64,000 nucleotides of DNA from Escherichia phage vB_EcoM-RPN242: sequence record OL656110.1, one strand, 5' to 3'. Below, piece after piece: positions 1 through 9,741 of this stretch. The position numbers and the translations under genes were made by a program. The stretch's first letter is position 1, and the number at the start of each line of letters is the position of its first letter. The notes under the pieces were generated by a model. It was not told where the DNA came from. It did no database searches and saw only the letters and a program-made list of their open reading frames with translations.

Positions 1-1802
1 CCTTCCAACGCAGCGATAGAGTTCTCCAGGTCGGTGGTAGGTGTTGGCTGTACAGCCAGTTTACGCTCCAGATCGGCAATAGACGCCACGAGAGGAGCAC
101 GACGGGCTTTCAGCTCGGCGATCTTATCATCGACGGCTTTAATCCCGCTGACGGCATTCTCTCGCGTCTGTTGCAGCGAAGCAGTGATATCTTCAAAACG
201 AACGTTCAGTGCCTTACGGATGTCAAGGATCTTCTGTTGGCATTCACGGTTCAGCGAATTACACTCAATCGTGGCGGCATCATGAAAACCTTGAATATCA
301 CGGCGCAGCTGCTTGATGTTGTCAACGATTTCGTCGGCCTGCTTGCGCATGGCATCCAGTTCAGCATCCAACACAGCAATGTCAGCAACCAGCTTGTCGT
401 CCTGAGCCTTGTGATCATCGATCAGGACATTGATATCGGCGGTAACTTTGTCCAGTTGATCTAACTTCGACTGTAGTTCCTGGATCTGAGGATTGTACTC
501 ACTCTCAATCCGCGCCTTGGTGTCATCAGACACCAGTTGGGTACATGTTGGGCAAGTCCCCATATCGTGGAAGCGCTTGATGGCCGACTGATGCCCCTCC
601 ATTTCAGTCTGGAACTTGATACGGAAGTTCTCACCCTGCTGGCGGCGCTGAATAGCAGCGTTCAGGGTGTCCAGGTTTGTGTTGCGCTCGGTGAGCAGGG
701 TGTTCTTGCGTTCGGCCACTGTAAAGGCGCGGTCACGCAAGACCTGAAGATCATGCTCCGCAGTAGACACTTCGATGCGCTCATAATCGTCAGCCTTGTC
801 CTGCGCGGCGTCCTTCACCGCCTGGATCTTGGCATCAAAGTCTTTCTTGACAGCCTCGATCTCCACCATGGATTCATCATGCAGGCGGCTTTCTACCGTC
901 TTCATTTCCTGGGTGGCTTCAAACTCCACAGCCGTGAGGCGGGTGCGCTCTTCATTCTGGGCGGCGATGTCAGCGTCTAGGGAAGTCAGGGCTTCCTGTT
1001 GCTGTACAAGGATATCGGCCGACTGCTGTTGGATAAGGGCATTGGACCGCTCTATCTGCTGTAGCTGCGTCTTCTTGTTGGTGCGGTCAACAACCTTCAA
1101 CGCACATTCATTCGCGATCGTGTCCAGCTTTTCGTTCGCTTTCTTGATGGCAGCCTTGACATCTTCGTTCATCAGGCTGAAGAAGCCCAAATCCCAGATA
1201 GTCTCCACCATGGCGCGGCGGTCGGCTGTGTACATCTCCGTGAACGGAATGAACTTCTCTTTGCCCAGCACCAGAGAGTTCTCAAACATCTTCTGGTCCA
1301 CGCCGATGAGGTTCACGATGTACTTGTTCATGTCGGCTTTGGCTGCTTCGTTATCGATCTGCAACCACTTGCCGTCCACCATCTGGTAGACTTCAACAAA
1401 GTCAGGTTTAATGCCACGGCGAACCTTCCATTCGCTACCACGGCAGGCAAACTCCACCTCACCCACACATTCCTTGCGGCTCTGTGAGTTAACCAGACCT
1501 GCCTTCTTCTCCTTCTTGCTGTATGTGTCGTTGTACAGTACGAAAAACAGCAGCCATACCAGCATCGTGGATTTACCCGCGCCGTTGTCATCAGACGTAA
1601 CAAGGGTGGCCGGGTTGCGCTGATAATCAATCTCCATGAACTGATTGCCGATGGAGCGGAAGTTCTTGGCGCGGCCTTTGCGGAAGGTCAGTTTGTGTGT
1701 AACAACGTTACGCACTTCAAATGGGACTTCAACCTCGACCGGGGCGTCGGCTTCCTTCAAAAGATTACCAAATTTGGTCAAGATATCTGTGCTCTGAGTC
1801 AT
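1..1802 (-). CDS. 46: SbcC/Rad50-like recombination ATPase (T4 gp46-like), C-terminus beyond window edge
   Basis: Minus-strand frame opens at ATG 1800-1802 and is still open at position 1. N-terminal Walker A DDNGAGKST, long coiled-coil stretch, CPTC zinc-hook-like motif. Sits directly downstream of the SbcD-like gene. Confidence 0.8.
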   Translation of the reverse strand, partial: MTQSTDILTKFGNLLKEADAPVEVEVPFEVRNVVTHKLTFRKGRAKNFRSIGNQFMEIDYQRNPATLVTSDDNGAGKSTMLVWLLFFVLYNDTYSKKEKKAGLVNSQSRKECVGEVEFACRGSEWKVRRGIKPDFVEVYQMVDGKWLQIDNEAAKADMNKYIVNLIGVDQKMFENSLVLGKEKFIPFTEMYTADRRAMVETIWDLGFFSLMNEDVKAAIKKANEKLDTIANECALKVVDRTNKKTQLQQIERSNALIQQQSADILVQQQEALTSLDADIAAQNEERTRLTAVEFEATQEMKTVESRLHDESMVEIEAVKKDFDAKIQAVKDAAQDKADDYERIEVSTAEHDLQVLRDRAFTVAERKNTLLTERNTNLDTLNAAIQRRQQGENFRIKFQTEMEGHQSAIKRFHDMGTCPTCTQLVSDDTKARIESEYNPQIQELQSKLDQLDKVTADINVLIDDHKAQDDKLVADIAVLDAELDAMRKQADEIVDNIKQLRRDIQGFHDAATIECNSLNRECQQKILDIRKALNVRFEDITASLQQTRENAVSGIKAVDDKIAELKARRAPLVASIADLERKLAVQPTPTTDLENSIAALE

Positions 1803-1803
1803 G

Positions 1804-2919
1804 TTATGCATCCAGTTTGTTCAGGCGTTGTTGGGCAGCATTATAGAAGTGCTCTGCCAGTTTACAGACGTTGTCGGGGCGCTGAATGTTGTTCCCGGCG
1901 CGGATATCCTTCTTCAGGACTTCCACCGCATCGGTCGCCACCATCTCTTCGGTGACCTCAACCTTCTCGGCAGCAACAGTAATCGTCCGGTCGATGAAGT
2001 TGTAGTCAATGCACTTACAGCGCTTCATGGCATCACAGAACTTTTCATAATGCTTAGCATTGTCACGGTTCTGTACAATAACCTTAACAATTTGCCCTTC
2101 AATACCCAAGCCTGTGTTCAACCATTCCGGGTCGATCCAATTACCTTCTTCATCAGATGACAACTTGGTGTAATCATATTCCACATAGCGGAACAGCGTC
2201 TGGTGCTCGGCGTTCGGGATAAAGATCTCACCACCACGCATGTCGTCCACATAGAAGCCACGGTTAGTGCCGTCTTTGTAGTCTTCCCAGTTCAGGTGAT
2301 ATGGAGTCCCAATATATTGAATGTTACCTTCCATCGAACGGGTATGGAAATGGCCCGTGTCGACCCTGGTAAACTTGGAAAGCAGAGCAACGTCGATCTG
2401 ACCGTGATCACAAGTAGAAGACTGGTACATTTTGAACCCCGCCAGCTCCAGATGCGCAAAACAGTACTCGGCGTCTGTATCTTGTATCGCTTTAATAGAC
2501 GCATCATAGTTCTCCTTGTTGATCCAAGGCAGCAGCAGAGTCTTGACACCCTCGATCATCACTTCGGTCGGTTCGCTGTAATAGCAGTACACATCCGGGT
2601 CGAGTTCGTTCAGGTAGGATGGCCAGTTGATGCGGTTGGACTCTTCCAGGGTGATGTCATGGTTGCCCACGATGCCATTCCACTTGATACCAGCCGCTTT
2701 CAACGCAGGGGTGAGTTCATCCTTCAGCCAGTCTTTGTCGCGCCCGTACATGAATTTGCGGACATCAAACGTATCACCGAACTGCCAGACCTCTTTGATA
2801 TCAGAGTCGGCAAGTTCAGGAATGAAATAATTGATAAGATAGTTCTTGATGAAGTCGCGAACGTATCGAGAACCATTACGGCTCCCGATATGCAGATCGC
2901 CAATTTTAGCAATCGCCAT
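1804..2919 (-). CDS. 47: SbcD/Mre11-like recombination nuclease (T4 gp47-like)
   Basis: 371-aa ORF with calcineurin-like phosphoesterase motifs GDLHIG, GNHD and GHFH; SD GGGAGA upstream of ATG 2919. Confidence 0.85.
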   Translation of the reverse strand: MAIAKIGDLHIGSRNGSRYVRDFIKNYLINYFIPELADSDIKEVWQFGDTFDVRKFMYGRDKDWLKDELTPALKAAGIKWNGIVGNHDITLEESNRINWPSYLNELDPDVYCYYSEPTEVMIEGVKTLLLPWINKENYDASIKAIQDTDAEYCFAHLELAGFKMYQSSTCDHGQIDVALLSKFTRVDTGHFHTRSMEGNIQYIGTPYHLNWEDYKDGTNRGFYVDDMRGGEIFIPNAEHQTLFRYVEYDYTKLSSDEEGNWIDPEWLNTGLGIEGQIVKVIVQNRDNAKHYEKFCDAMKRCKCIDYNFIDRTITVAAEKVEVTEEMVATDAVEVLKKDIRAGNNIQRPDNVCKLAEHFYNAAQQRLNKLDA

Positions 2920-3697
2920 TGTTCTTTTTCTCCCGTTCTTCTAATCTTTGTTTGAGGGCTTCCCAATCTGGTTCCATCGCACAGATATCATCTTCCAGAT
3001 TGAATTGGGTTTTGCCGAAGTCTTGATCTGAATTGTCTTCGGCCTGCGCTGTTACCGTATTCTTAGCCTGCGCCATGTATTGAAGTATGCCTTTCGCAAT
3101 CTTTTTATTCGATTCTGCGAGACGAGCTGCCTCCACCTTCTCTCGCTCCTTCTGCCTTTGAGCGTCCTTTTTGTTCTCAAAGTTGCCGATACGTTCACGG
3201 AAGTCCATGCCAATTCCTGTAGCATCAACAAAGACCTCTTGTTGGAAGTCGGGATCGTCTGCCAGGCCTGCGAACCCACCCGCCTCTTCAAATGAGCGCA
3301 ATTTAATGTACGTGTGCTCTTCTTCGATATTCAGTTTACGAGCGAATGATCGATCAGCACACATGGTCACCCAAGAGAAGAAGTTGATCTTCCCTTTCTT
3401 TCCAATGTGTTCGACGTCAAATGTGTGGAGGTAGCGCAAGATGTTGACTATTGCTTCAGAGACCATGTCTTCACGGAAGGGATAGTCGCGATAGTTGTAG
3501 CGGGTGCTCATCTTGGTGATGATGCGCTGGACCTGTAGAGCAACATAGTTGGGGATCTTTGGAAGCCTGGTGCCTTCAGCCAGAGCCTTCTTACGAGCAG
3601 GGATCCAATCACGAAGGATACTGATGACACGCTCGTTATCTTCGTCTGTGAAATATTTGACGACATTCTCCCCTCTGTCCACGAAGTTCATTCCCAT
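2906..3697 (-). CDS. 55: late-transcription sigma factor (T4 gp55-like)
   Basis: 263-aa ORF; central region aligns by eye with T4 gp55 conserved blocks; SD GAGGGA 8 nt upstream of the ATG. Confidence 0.75.
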   Translation of the reverse strand: MGMNFVDRGENVVKYFTDEDNERVISILRDWIPARKKALAEGTRLPKIPNYVALQVQRIITKMSTRYNYRDYPFREDMVSEAIVNILRYLHTFDVEHIGKKGKINFFSWVTMCADRSFARKLNIEEEHTYIKLRSFEEAGGFAGLADDPDFQQEVFVDATGIGMDFRERIGNFENKKDAQRQKEREKVEAARLAESNKKIAKGILQYMAQAKNTVTAQAEDNSDQDFGKTQFNLEDDICAMEPDWEALKQRLEEREKKNNGDC

Positions 3698-3708
3698 TAT
3701 GAAATCCC

Positions 3709-4236
3709 TCAGATACCGATAAATTCATCAAAAGATCCAACAACCTTCTTCACCGAGATCTTGTCATTCTCAATCAGGAAGTTGCTGTCGTTTTTGGCTG
3801 CTGTGGCCCAGTCATCGGCAAGTTCGTTGCCTTCGTGCCCCGCATGACCCTTAACCCATTTTAGTTCAACATCACAAATTGAACAAACGAGATCATAGAT
3901 TCTGAACAGATCTTTGATGAGTTCAACGTTCTTTTCTGGGAAACCCTGATACTCCCACTTCGCTCGCCATTCGGTGACGCTCTTGATAGCATATTGGCTG
4001 TCAGACCAAATTGTTGCCTTTGGTATTCTGCGCTCACCCTTTCCTGAGAATGCCCACAGTAGCTTCAATGCGTTGGTCACACCCAACAACTCGGCGATAT
4101 TGTTAGTGGACGGGGGAGGTAGATGACCGAAGAACACCTTCCATTGCATACCCGTTATTGGCCTGATGACAAATGCCCATCCTGCGGCCTGGTTGGTCTT
4201 CGGGTTAGAACCCCCGTCAGAATAAATTTCTATCAT
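3709..4236 (-). CDS. ribonuclease HI (RnhA family)
   Basis: Motifs YSDGGS, NNIAEL, IWSDSQY and WVKGHAGHEGNELAD closely match E. coli RNase HI. Start trimmed to the internal ATG (MIEIYSDGG). Confidence 0.8.
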   Translation of the reverse strand: MIEIYSDGGSNPKTNQAAGWAFVIRPITGMQWKVFFGHLPPPSTNNIAELLGVTNALKLLWAFSGKGERRIPKATIWSDSQYAIKSVTEWRAKWEYQGFPEKNVELIKDLFRIYDLVCSICDVELKWVKGHAGHEGNELADDWATAAKNDSNFLIENDKISVKKVVGSFDEFIGI

Positions 4237-4281
4237 GATATAAATATCCCAAACTGGTTTTATAGAAAGAGGAATGAAACT

Positions 4282-5049
4282 ATGGCACCCCGCGCATATC
4301 GTTTCAGTCTCACCGCCCCGCAGATTGAGCAATTGCTCCTCTCTATCTATGATGCTATCAAGTCAGAAGATATCATCTATGATTATGCTGCAGGTGGGAC
4401 TGCTGGACAAGTCGCAGCAGCTTCTGCTGTCAAGAACATGTGGTTGAAGCTCAACGAGATGGTGACAGGCCAAGGTCTCAAAGATGCCATCAACGATGCA
4501 GAAGACAGCAACGTGTTCACCGACTATTATAAGTCTTTACTGGATCGCGAAGGTTGGAAATTTATTGGATCTCCAGCAGATGAACTTCAGCGAGGCGACA
4601 TCGATACCTCGAACTTCAAAGGTGGTGAGGTCATTCTACTTCAGAAGAACGCTTCGGGCAACCCAGAATTCCAATACTGGAAGCGAACCCCTGTTGCTGG
4701 GGGTGATCCTACCTTTGCATGGGCTTCGGTCTATGAAGGGAACTCCAATGATTCCAGCATAGAGATTCCCGTGGTTGGCACCAGCGTACTCAAGGACATC
4801 CCCAAGGCACTCTTCCATATGATCGAGTTCAGAGTGCATGTCTACGATGAGACACTGGGTCATTGGCAAGACACCGACGGGAAGGTAGGGTATCGTGGCG
4901 AGGATCTGATCTACAGTGTATACAACCATATTCAGACCAAACCTCTCGCCACCATTGACTTCAGCCAAGATACGGACAATATGACGGTTTCTGTAACGTC
5001 GTTGGAACCGAATGTCAAGTGCCATCTGTCCTTCGTTGCGGGTTACTAA
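4282..5049 (+). CDS. hypothetical protein (plus-strand gene, diverges from RNase H gene)
   Basis: 255-aa ORF with SD AAGAGGAA 8 nt upstream of ATG 4282; stop overlaps the convergent helicase gene. Confidence 0.6.
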   Translation: MAPRAYRFSLTAPQIEQLLLSIYDAIKSEDIIYDYAAGGTAGQVAAASAVKNMWLKLNEMVTGQGLKDAINDAEDSNVFTDYYKSLLDREGWKFIGSPADELQRGDIDTSNFKGGEVILLQKNASGNPEFQYWKRTPVAGGDPTFAWASVYEGNSNDSSIEIPVVGTSVLKDIPKALFHMIEFRVHVYDETLGHWQDTDGKVGYRGEDLIYSVYNHIQTKPLATIDFSQDTDNMTVSVTSLEPNVKCHLSFVAGY

Positions 5050-6764
5050 ACCTCAAACACGGCATCAGTGAACCAAGCGGGGAAGAACTCTGGGTTGCGC
5101 ATCATCAGTGATTCAAAAGAAGAATCAAGGATGTACGTCGCAGCCCAGTCATTCACACCCCTGACCGAACGCCCACACATCTGAACGATACGCAGTACCG
5201 CCATCCTGAAGTACGCCGATGGGTCCACGCTGTTGACGTGGGCCACCAGAGGATCACCAAGGTAATCATATGGCACCTTGATCAAGATCTGAAATCGACT
5301 ATAATCGCCTTTGAAGTCATACCCCTCTTCCATGGCCGGACTGGCGATGACACAAGGCGTCTTCGTCCTGAACGCGTGTTCCATGATGTCCATCAGAGCC
5401 TTACGAGTACGAGGAACGTGAATCATATTCCGGTACTTACTGAACTTTTGTAGAGCCAGGGCGCGGTCATAACTGACTGTGTGAATGATGCCAGACTGCC
5501 CAGGGTGGAACGCGATAATTTCATCCACGTATTCAGCCAGCTTCTTCATCTCGTAGTCGCCCATGTTCGCTGTCATCTTCATGATGGGCATGTAGTTGAC
5601 TTTCCGGTTCTCAATCGGGATAGGGTTGCCGATCTGTATCTTGTGGTACTCACCCTCGCGGATACCCAGTGACCGGGCGTACGAGTCAATCCCACAAATG
5701 GTAGCCGACATGTGGACGTGGTAGTCACCCTTGCGGAACAGACCGAACTGGGATACATCAGAGGCGATGACAGGCTTGAACTGAATCATACCCTTGTCCT
5801 TCTCCTGTACGATGAAAGTGCTGGCGTTGGTCTGCCCCATGATACCACAGTAGTCGCTGAGGTTGTGAAGATTATCAATAATATCAGACAGCTTCATCAC
5901 CTGGGCTTCAGTCAGGCGCTCGTCCTCTACCAGTTCCTCAAGAGTTTCCAATAGGGCTTCAACCTTGCCATACAGTTCATCAAATATCGCATGCATCTCA
6001 CCAGACAGGGAATACAGCTTGCCCAATTCGTAGTTCTCTGTGCGGATGATGATATCCTTGATGGTCTCCACGATAGGCACTCCCTCGGGGATCGTAAGCA
6101 ACCCTTCCACAGCCTTTATGTTGTATTCCATGATAGTATGCTCTAGGAGCGTAGAGGGCATCTTATGACACTCGTCAAGGATCAGCATATCGGCACGGTT
6201 TTCCGGCTTCATACAAATCGTCGTACACATCTCCACCATCATGGCGGCGTTGGTGCAGCGCAGGGAGGAGACGTCGGTCCACTGTCTACGCGCCTGAACA
6301 TATGGGCAACGATTCTTACTACAGTGGCCATCACGGCATGCCATACGGCACTGAATGGCGTTGTAGTATAGGTCGGGACTGATGTGGCAACGATAGTTCT
6401 TCTTGCCCTTCAGGATGTCTATCGCCACGGCTTTCTCTGCTGCATACTGATCCTGTAAACCTTTGGTCGGCGTCGTGATAGACGTGCGGAACTGACCATA
6501 CGGGTTGTGCTCAAGAACCAAATGGCGAAGCACGTTATGGATGGTAGTGCCGATGAGGGATTTACCTACACCAGTCGGAGCCTCGATGATCACGTGTTTG
6601 AATTTCTTATTCACAAGGGCATCGATGGCTTCAACGATGCATTCCATCTGGCCGGGGTTGGCGGTGTCATACGGGAAGAACTCAGTGGCAAGAGACTTGA
6701 TGCGGTCTATGCTGACTGGTCCGACGCCGTTAAGCGCCTTGGTATATTGGTTGAATGCTGTCAC
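5046..6764 (-). CDS. DinG/XPD (Rad3)-family Fe-S DNA helicase
   Basis: 572-aa ORF with Walker A EAPTGVGKS, DECH box and a Cys cluster between the motor motifs. GTG start preceded by a strong SD AGGAGG at 6 nt spacing. Confidence 0.8.
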   Translation of the reverse strand: MTAFNQYTKALNGVGPVSIDRIKSLATEFFPYDTANPGQMECIVEAIDALVNKKFKHVIIEAPTGVGKSLIGTTIHNVLRHLVLEHNPYGQFRTSITTPTKGLQDQYAAEKAVAIDILKGKKNYRCHISPDLYYNAIQCRMACRDGHCSKNRCPYVQARRQWTDVSSLRCTNAAMMVEMCTTICMKPENRADMLILDECHKMPSTLLEHTIMEYNIKAVEGLLTIPEGVPIVETIKDIIIRTENYELGKLYSLSGEMHAIFDELYGKVEALLETLEELVEDERLTEAQVMKLSDIIDNLHNLSDYCGIMGQTNASTFIVQEKDKGMIQFKPVIASDVSQFGLFRKGDYHVHMSATICGIDSYARSLGIREGEYHKIQIGNPIPIENRKVNYMPIMKMTANMGDYEMKKLAEYVDEIIAFHPGQSGIIHTVSYDRALALQKFSKYRNMIHVPRTRKALMDIMEHAFRTKTPCVIASPAMEEGYDFKGDYSRFQILIKVPYDYLGDPLVAHVNSVDPSAYFRMAVLRIVQMCGRSVRGVNDWAATYILDSSFESLMMRNPEFFPAWFTDAVFEV

Positions 6765-6809
6765 TTTCTTCCTCCTATGGGATTCGCCTTTAGTTTAACC
6801 GATTCCCAG

Positions 6810-6846
6810 GAACGAAAAAGCCGGAGCATTGTACTCCGGCTTTCTC
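6810..6846 (-). terminator. intrinsic terminator after HU gene
   Basis: 9-bp stem AAGCCGGAG/CTCCGGCTT with T-rich flanks on both strands. Confidence 0.55.
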
Positions 6847-6892
6847 TTTTGCCATACCCTGATTGCAGAGCCTGGCCGCGCGTCAGATAGAA

Positions 6893-7171
6893 TTACTTGC
6901 CGTTGGCAGCGTTCTTCAGACCTTCGCCCACTTTGAATTTCACAACGTTTTTCGCCGCGATCTGAATGGTCTGGCCGTTCAGAGGGTTGCGACCTTCACG
7001 CGCTTCTTGGTGTTTCACTTCGAACGCACCGAAGCCAACCAGCTGTACAGATGCGCCTGCAGCAACTGCAGTTTTAACACCGTCGATAAAGGATGCCACT
7101 ACTTTCTCCGCTTCGCCTTTGGTGATATTCTGGGTCGAAGCAATGTGGGCAACAAATTCAGTACGATTCAT
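6893..7171 (-). CDS. HU/IHF-family histone-like DNA-binding protein
   Basis: 92-aa ORF; NRTEFVAHIA...GRNPLNGQTIQIAAKNVVKFKVG matches the HU fold signature (RNP-G-T arm); SD GGAGA. Confidence 0.85.
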   Translation of the reverse strand: MNRTEFVAHIASTQNITKGEAEKVVASFIDGVKTAVAAGASVQLVGFGAFEVKHQEAREGRNPLNGQTIQIAAKNVVKFKVGEGLKNAANGK

Positions 7172-7264
7172 CTGGATTTCTCCGTTGGGTTAATGTTTAC
7201 TTTCATGTTCACTACAAGAGGACTACATCTTACCTAACAAAACATATTGAATAAAGCGAAATTA

Positions 7265-7513
7265 TTAGCCTTTCGCCACGTCTTCAGTCGTCATCGTGCC
7301 ATAACATCCACAGCGTTCACAAATCACTCTGACGCAAGGCTTAAAAGTCTGAATATTAGTCACAGGAACGTTCACCGCCTTTGAAGAAACTTGCATTTCG
7401 CGGACTTCAACCCGTTGTTCGGCCAGGCGCTCATCGTCCAAGAAGGTGATCGTCTTGTGAGAACAACGCATTGACGATTCACCAACCCAGATTATTGCCA
7501 TGTTGGGACTCAT
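7265..7513 (-). CDS. hypothetical small Cys-containing protein
   Basis: 82-aa ORF with strong SD GGAGGT; ATGA start/stop overlap with the upstream gene; C-terminal CERCGCYG. Confidence 0.55.
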   Translation of the reverse strand: MSPNMAIIWVGESSMRCSHKTITFLDDERLAEQRVEVREMQVSSKAVNVPVTNIQTFKPCVRVICERCGCYGTMTTEDVAKG

Positions 7514-7788
7514 GATTTGACCTCCGATTTGGAGATTAACGATTCCATCTCCTGACGACCAATGACAGTCTCAACTTTGTCTTCTTCAACCATCATTTCA
7601 TTCAGAAGATCGTACCCCAGGACTTGTACACCAAAAGACTTTTTGTTCAGTTCTGCCTCAATATTGAGAACTCGCTGAACCGTCAGGCCACCGGAAGAGA
7701 ACGGTACTGGATAGAAGGCGGAACGCACTTGGACACACCCATTTACGCTGTAACGAACCAGCAAGACATCACACCATACGCCAGCCAT
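7510..7788 (-). CDS. hypothetical protein
   Basis: 92-aa ORF with SD GGAGGTG upstream of ATG 7788. Confidence 0.5.
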   Translation of the reverse strand: MAGVWCDVLLVRYSVNGCVQVRSAFYPVPFSSGGLTVQRVLNIEAELNKKSFGVQVLGYDLLNEMMVEEDKVETVIGRQEMESLISKSEVKS

Positions 7789-7789
7789 G

Positions 7790-8452
7790 TCACACCTCCA
7801 CCGCGTGAGACTTCAGGAGTTCATCAATCTCTTTCTGCCCCATGTATGAGAACGGGGTGCGCTGGTAGAACGCCCAGAGTACTAACTGGACAACAGCACG
7901 GGAACGGGTTTCGGCCGTCATCACCAGGCCACTGAAATGAGGAGACTCAGCTGTCCATTGTATCTCTTCGCCCAGGTCTTGATTACAGGTCACCGAGATG
8001 CGGAACTTGTTGCACAGATTGTCGACTTCTTTGTACGCATCGGTAGACACACGAAGTTGTTCCGAATGTGCCCACGGAGTTGTGACGATTCTTTCACCCA
8101 TCACTTTATCAGAGATAAACCAATCAATACATTCGGTAAACTCACTAAAATGGTCTATACGATAAATGCAGTCTCCCCCTTCCATAGAACGCATGGCATG
8201 ATAGCGAGAGTCGATTTCGTTGTTGTGCATCGCGTTGAAGTCGATGAACACGCGACGCGCCAGCACAACGTCTTCTGGTTGAAGTGCCAGGAAATCGTTC
8301 AGGCGGCTATAATGGAGGATATTGGAACCGTCGTGGCCACGTGTGCAATATGCGTAATAGCTACCGATACGGGCGTGGGCAATATAAGACAACGGGGCGA
8401 AGAATAATCCGTCAGGATCAGGACCGACGATAATAGAATAAAGTTTTTCCAT
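7790..8452 (-). CDS. hypothetical protein
   Basis: 220-aa ORF from the first in-frame ATG (track ORF begins at an upstream TTG); tight packing with neighbours. Confidence 0.55.
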   Translation of the reverse strand: MEKLYSIIVGPDPDGLFFAPLSYIAHARIGSYYAYCTRGHDGSNILHYSRLNDFLALQPEDVVLARRVFIDFNAMHNNEIDSRYHAMRSMEGGDCIYRIDHFSEFTECIDWFISDKVMGERIVTTPWAHSEQLRVSTDAYKEVDNLCNKFRISVTCNQDLGEEIQWTAESPHFSGLVMTAETRSRAVVQLVLWAFYQRTPFSYMGQKEIDELLKSHAVEV

Positions 8453-8508
8453 GATATAGTCACTCAAATGAAAGGGCAGCTTTATGATAAGCCGCCCGAG
8501 GTTATTGA

Positions 8509-9375
8509 TTATTGGAAATCGCCAACATACATATTCAGCTTGTCGTCCCAGTTCAGAACGACACGGATCGTTCCAGTATCTTCTGGGAAGGTCAGTTTGT
8601 CACACATGGCGCGATTAACATAAGTCCCGCTCTGGTTGACGTTGTAGTCCTTGCCTTGCATGATACCAAAACGCTTGAAGTCGCGAGTGACCATCATGTT
8701 CAGAGTTGTCCAAGGGATTGCATCGCGCAGGGCTTTGCACAGGACGATCTTGCCATCCGACCTGAACGACACAAACAGCTCGTTGGCGACACGACGGCGA
8801 GTAGGCGGTTCAAGTTCACGCAGGGAAATGAATTGTGAATTCTTTACCTTTTCTGCCAGCGCCTGTACTTCTGCTGGATCCGGCTTGAACGGCTCCACTG
8901 AAGAGTCAGACTTCATCACAACGTCACCCTTGCGCTTCTCGACCAATTGCTCCACAGCCTTTTGACTCACGGGCGGGAGGTATTTGGACTTAGGAACAAC
9001 CGCTGGCTTGATGACAGGGCTTGCATCTGGTTTCGCCTTTGGGGTACTCCGAGCCGCACGCAGCTTTTCCTGGGCTTCCAGAATGCGCTCTTGACGAGAA
9101 AGCGGAGCCTTTGGGGTGATCTTCGTACTGAAGTCAGAAACGCCGACCCAGTCACCCTGGTCATTACGCTTGGCCACCAGAGTCAGTTTGTGGATGATAC
9201 CCTGAAGTTTGCTCTCACGTAAGTTGTCGGCATACCAGAACTTCGCGCCCATCTCGAACTTCTCGGCGAAGATCACGCGAGCGTCTTCGTGTACCAACAT
9301 AACTTTGGCTGCGTTGGGGGCAAAAGCCTTATTCTTTTCGATAATCGCCGCAGCGATTGTTTTGGTCAGGAGCAT
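8509..9375 (-). CDS. hypothetical protein with Pro/Lys-rich linker
   Basis: 288-aa ORF; SD AAGGAA upstream of ATG 9375; two globular halves joined by a PKAKPDASPVIKPAVVPK linker. Confidence 0.55.
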   Translation of the reverse strand: MLLTKTIAAAIIEKNKAFAPNAAKVMLVHEDARVIFAEKFEMGAKFWYADNLRESKLQGIIHKLTLVAKRNDQGDWVGVSDFSTKITPKAPLSRQERILEAQEKLRAARSTPKAKPDASPVIKPAVVPKSKYLPPVSQKAVEQLVEKRKGDVVMKSDSSVEPFKPDPAEVQALAEKVKNSQFISLRELEPPTRRRVANELFVSFRSDGKIVLCKALRDAIPWTTLNMMVTRDFKRFGIMQGKDYNVNQSGTYVNRAMCDKLTFPEDTGTIRVVLNWDDKLNMYVGDFQ

Positions 9376-9414
9376 CACAGTGTATTCCTTCAGTTCACAA
9401 TGTAGGGCTAAATT

Positions 9415-9741
9415 TTAACCCGAAACTTTATTTTGAAATCCGACAAAGTCCTGGGCAATCCCCCGGCAATACATCAGGTCTTTCTTCGTTTGTGGACTGT
9501 TGTCAGCCGCAGTCAGCATCATGGGAAGGTCCAGCGCATTCTCTATCTGATCAACACTGAACAGATCAAGGCGCTTCAGCTCTCCCTCGAAGTCAGACAG
9601 TAGGATAGATGTGTCTTTGTCATCTGGGTGGAACTGCTGATACGTCTCCATCCATGCCACACATGTGTTCAGTTTGGACGGCGGCGCAGCGTTTACACAC
9701 CCGGCTATCAGTACCATCAAGAGCAGGATTTTACATTTCAT
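9415..9741 (-). CDS. putative lipoprotein
   Basis: N-terminus MKCKILLLMVLIAGC is a signal peptide with lipobox LIAGC; SD AAGGAGA; start overlaps the upstream stop. Confidence 0.6.
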   Translation of the reverse strand: MKCKILLLMVLIAGCVNAAPPSKLNTCVAWMETYQQFHPDDKDTSILLSDFEGELKRLDLFSVDQIENALDLPMMLTAADNSPQTKKDLMYCRGIAQDFVGFQNKVSG

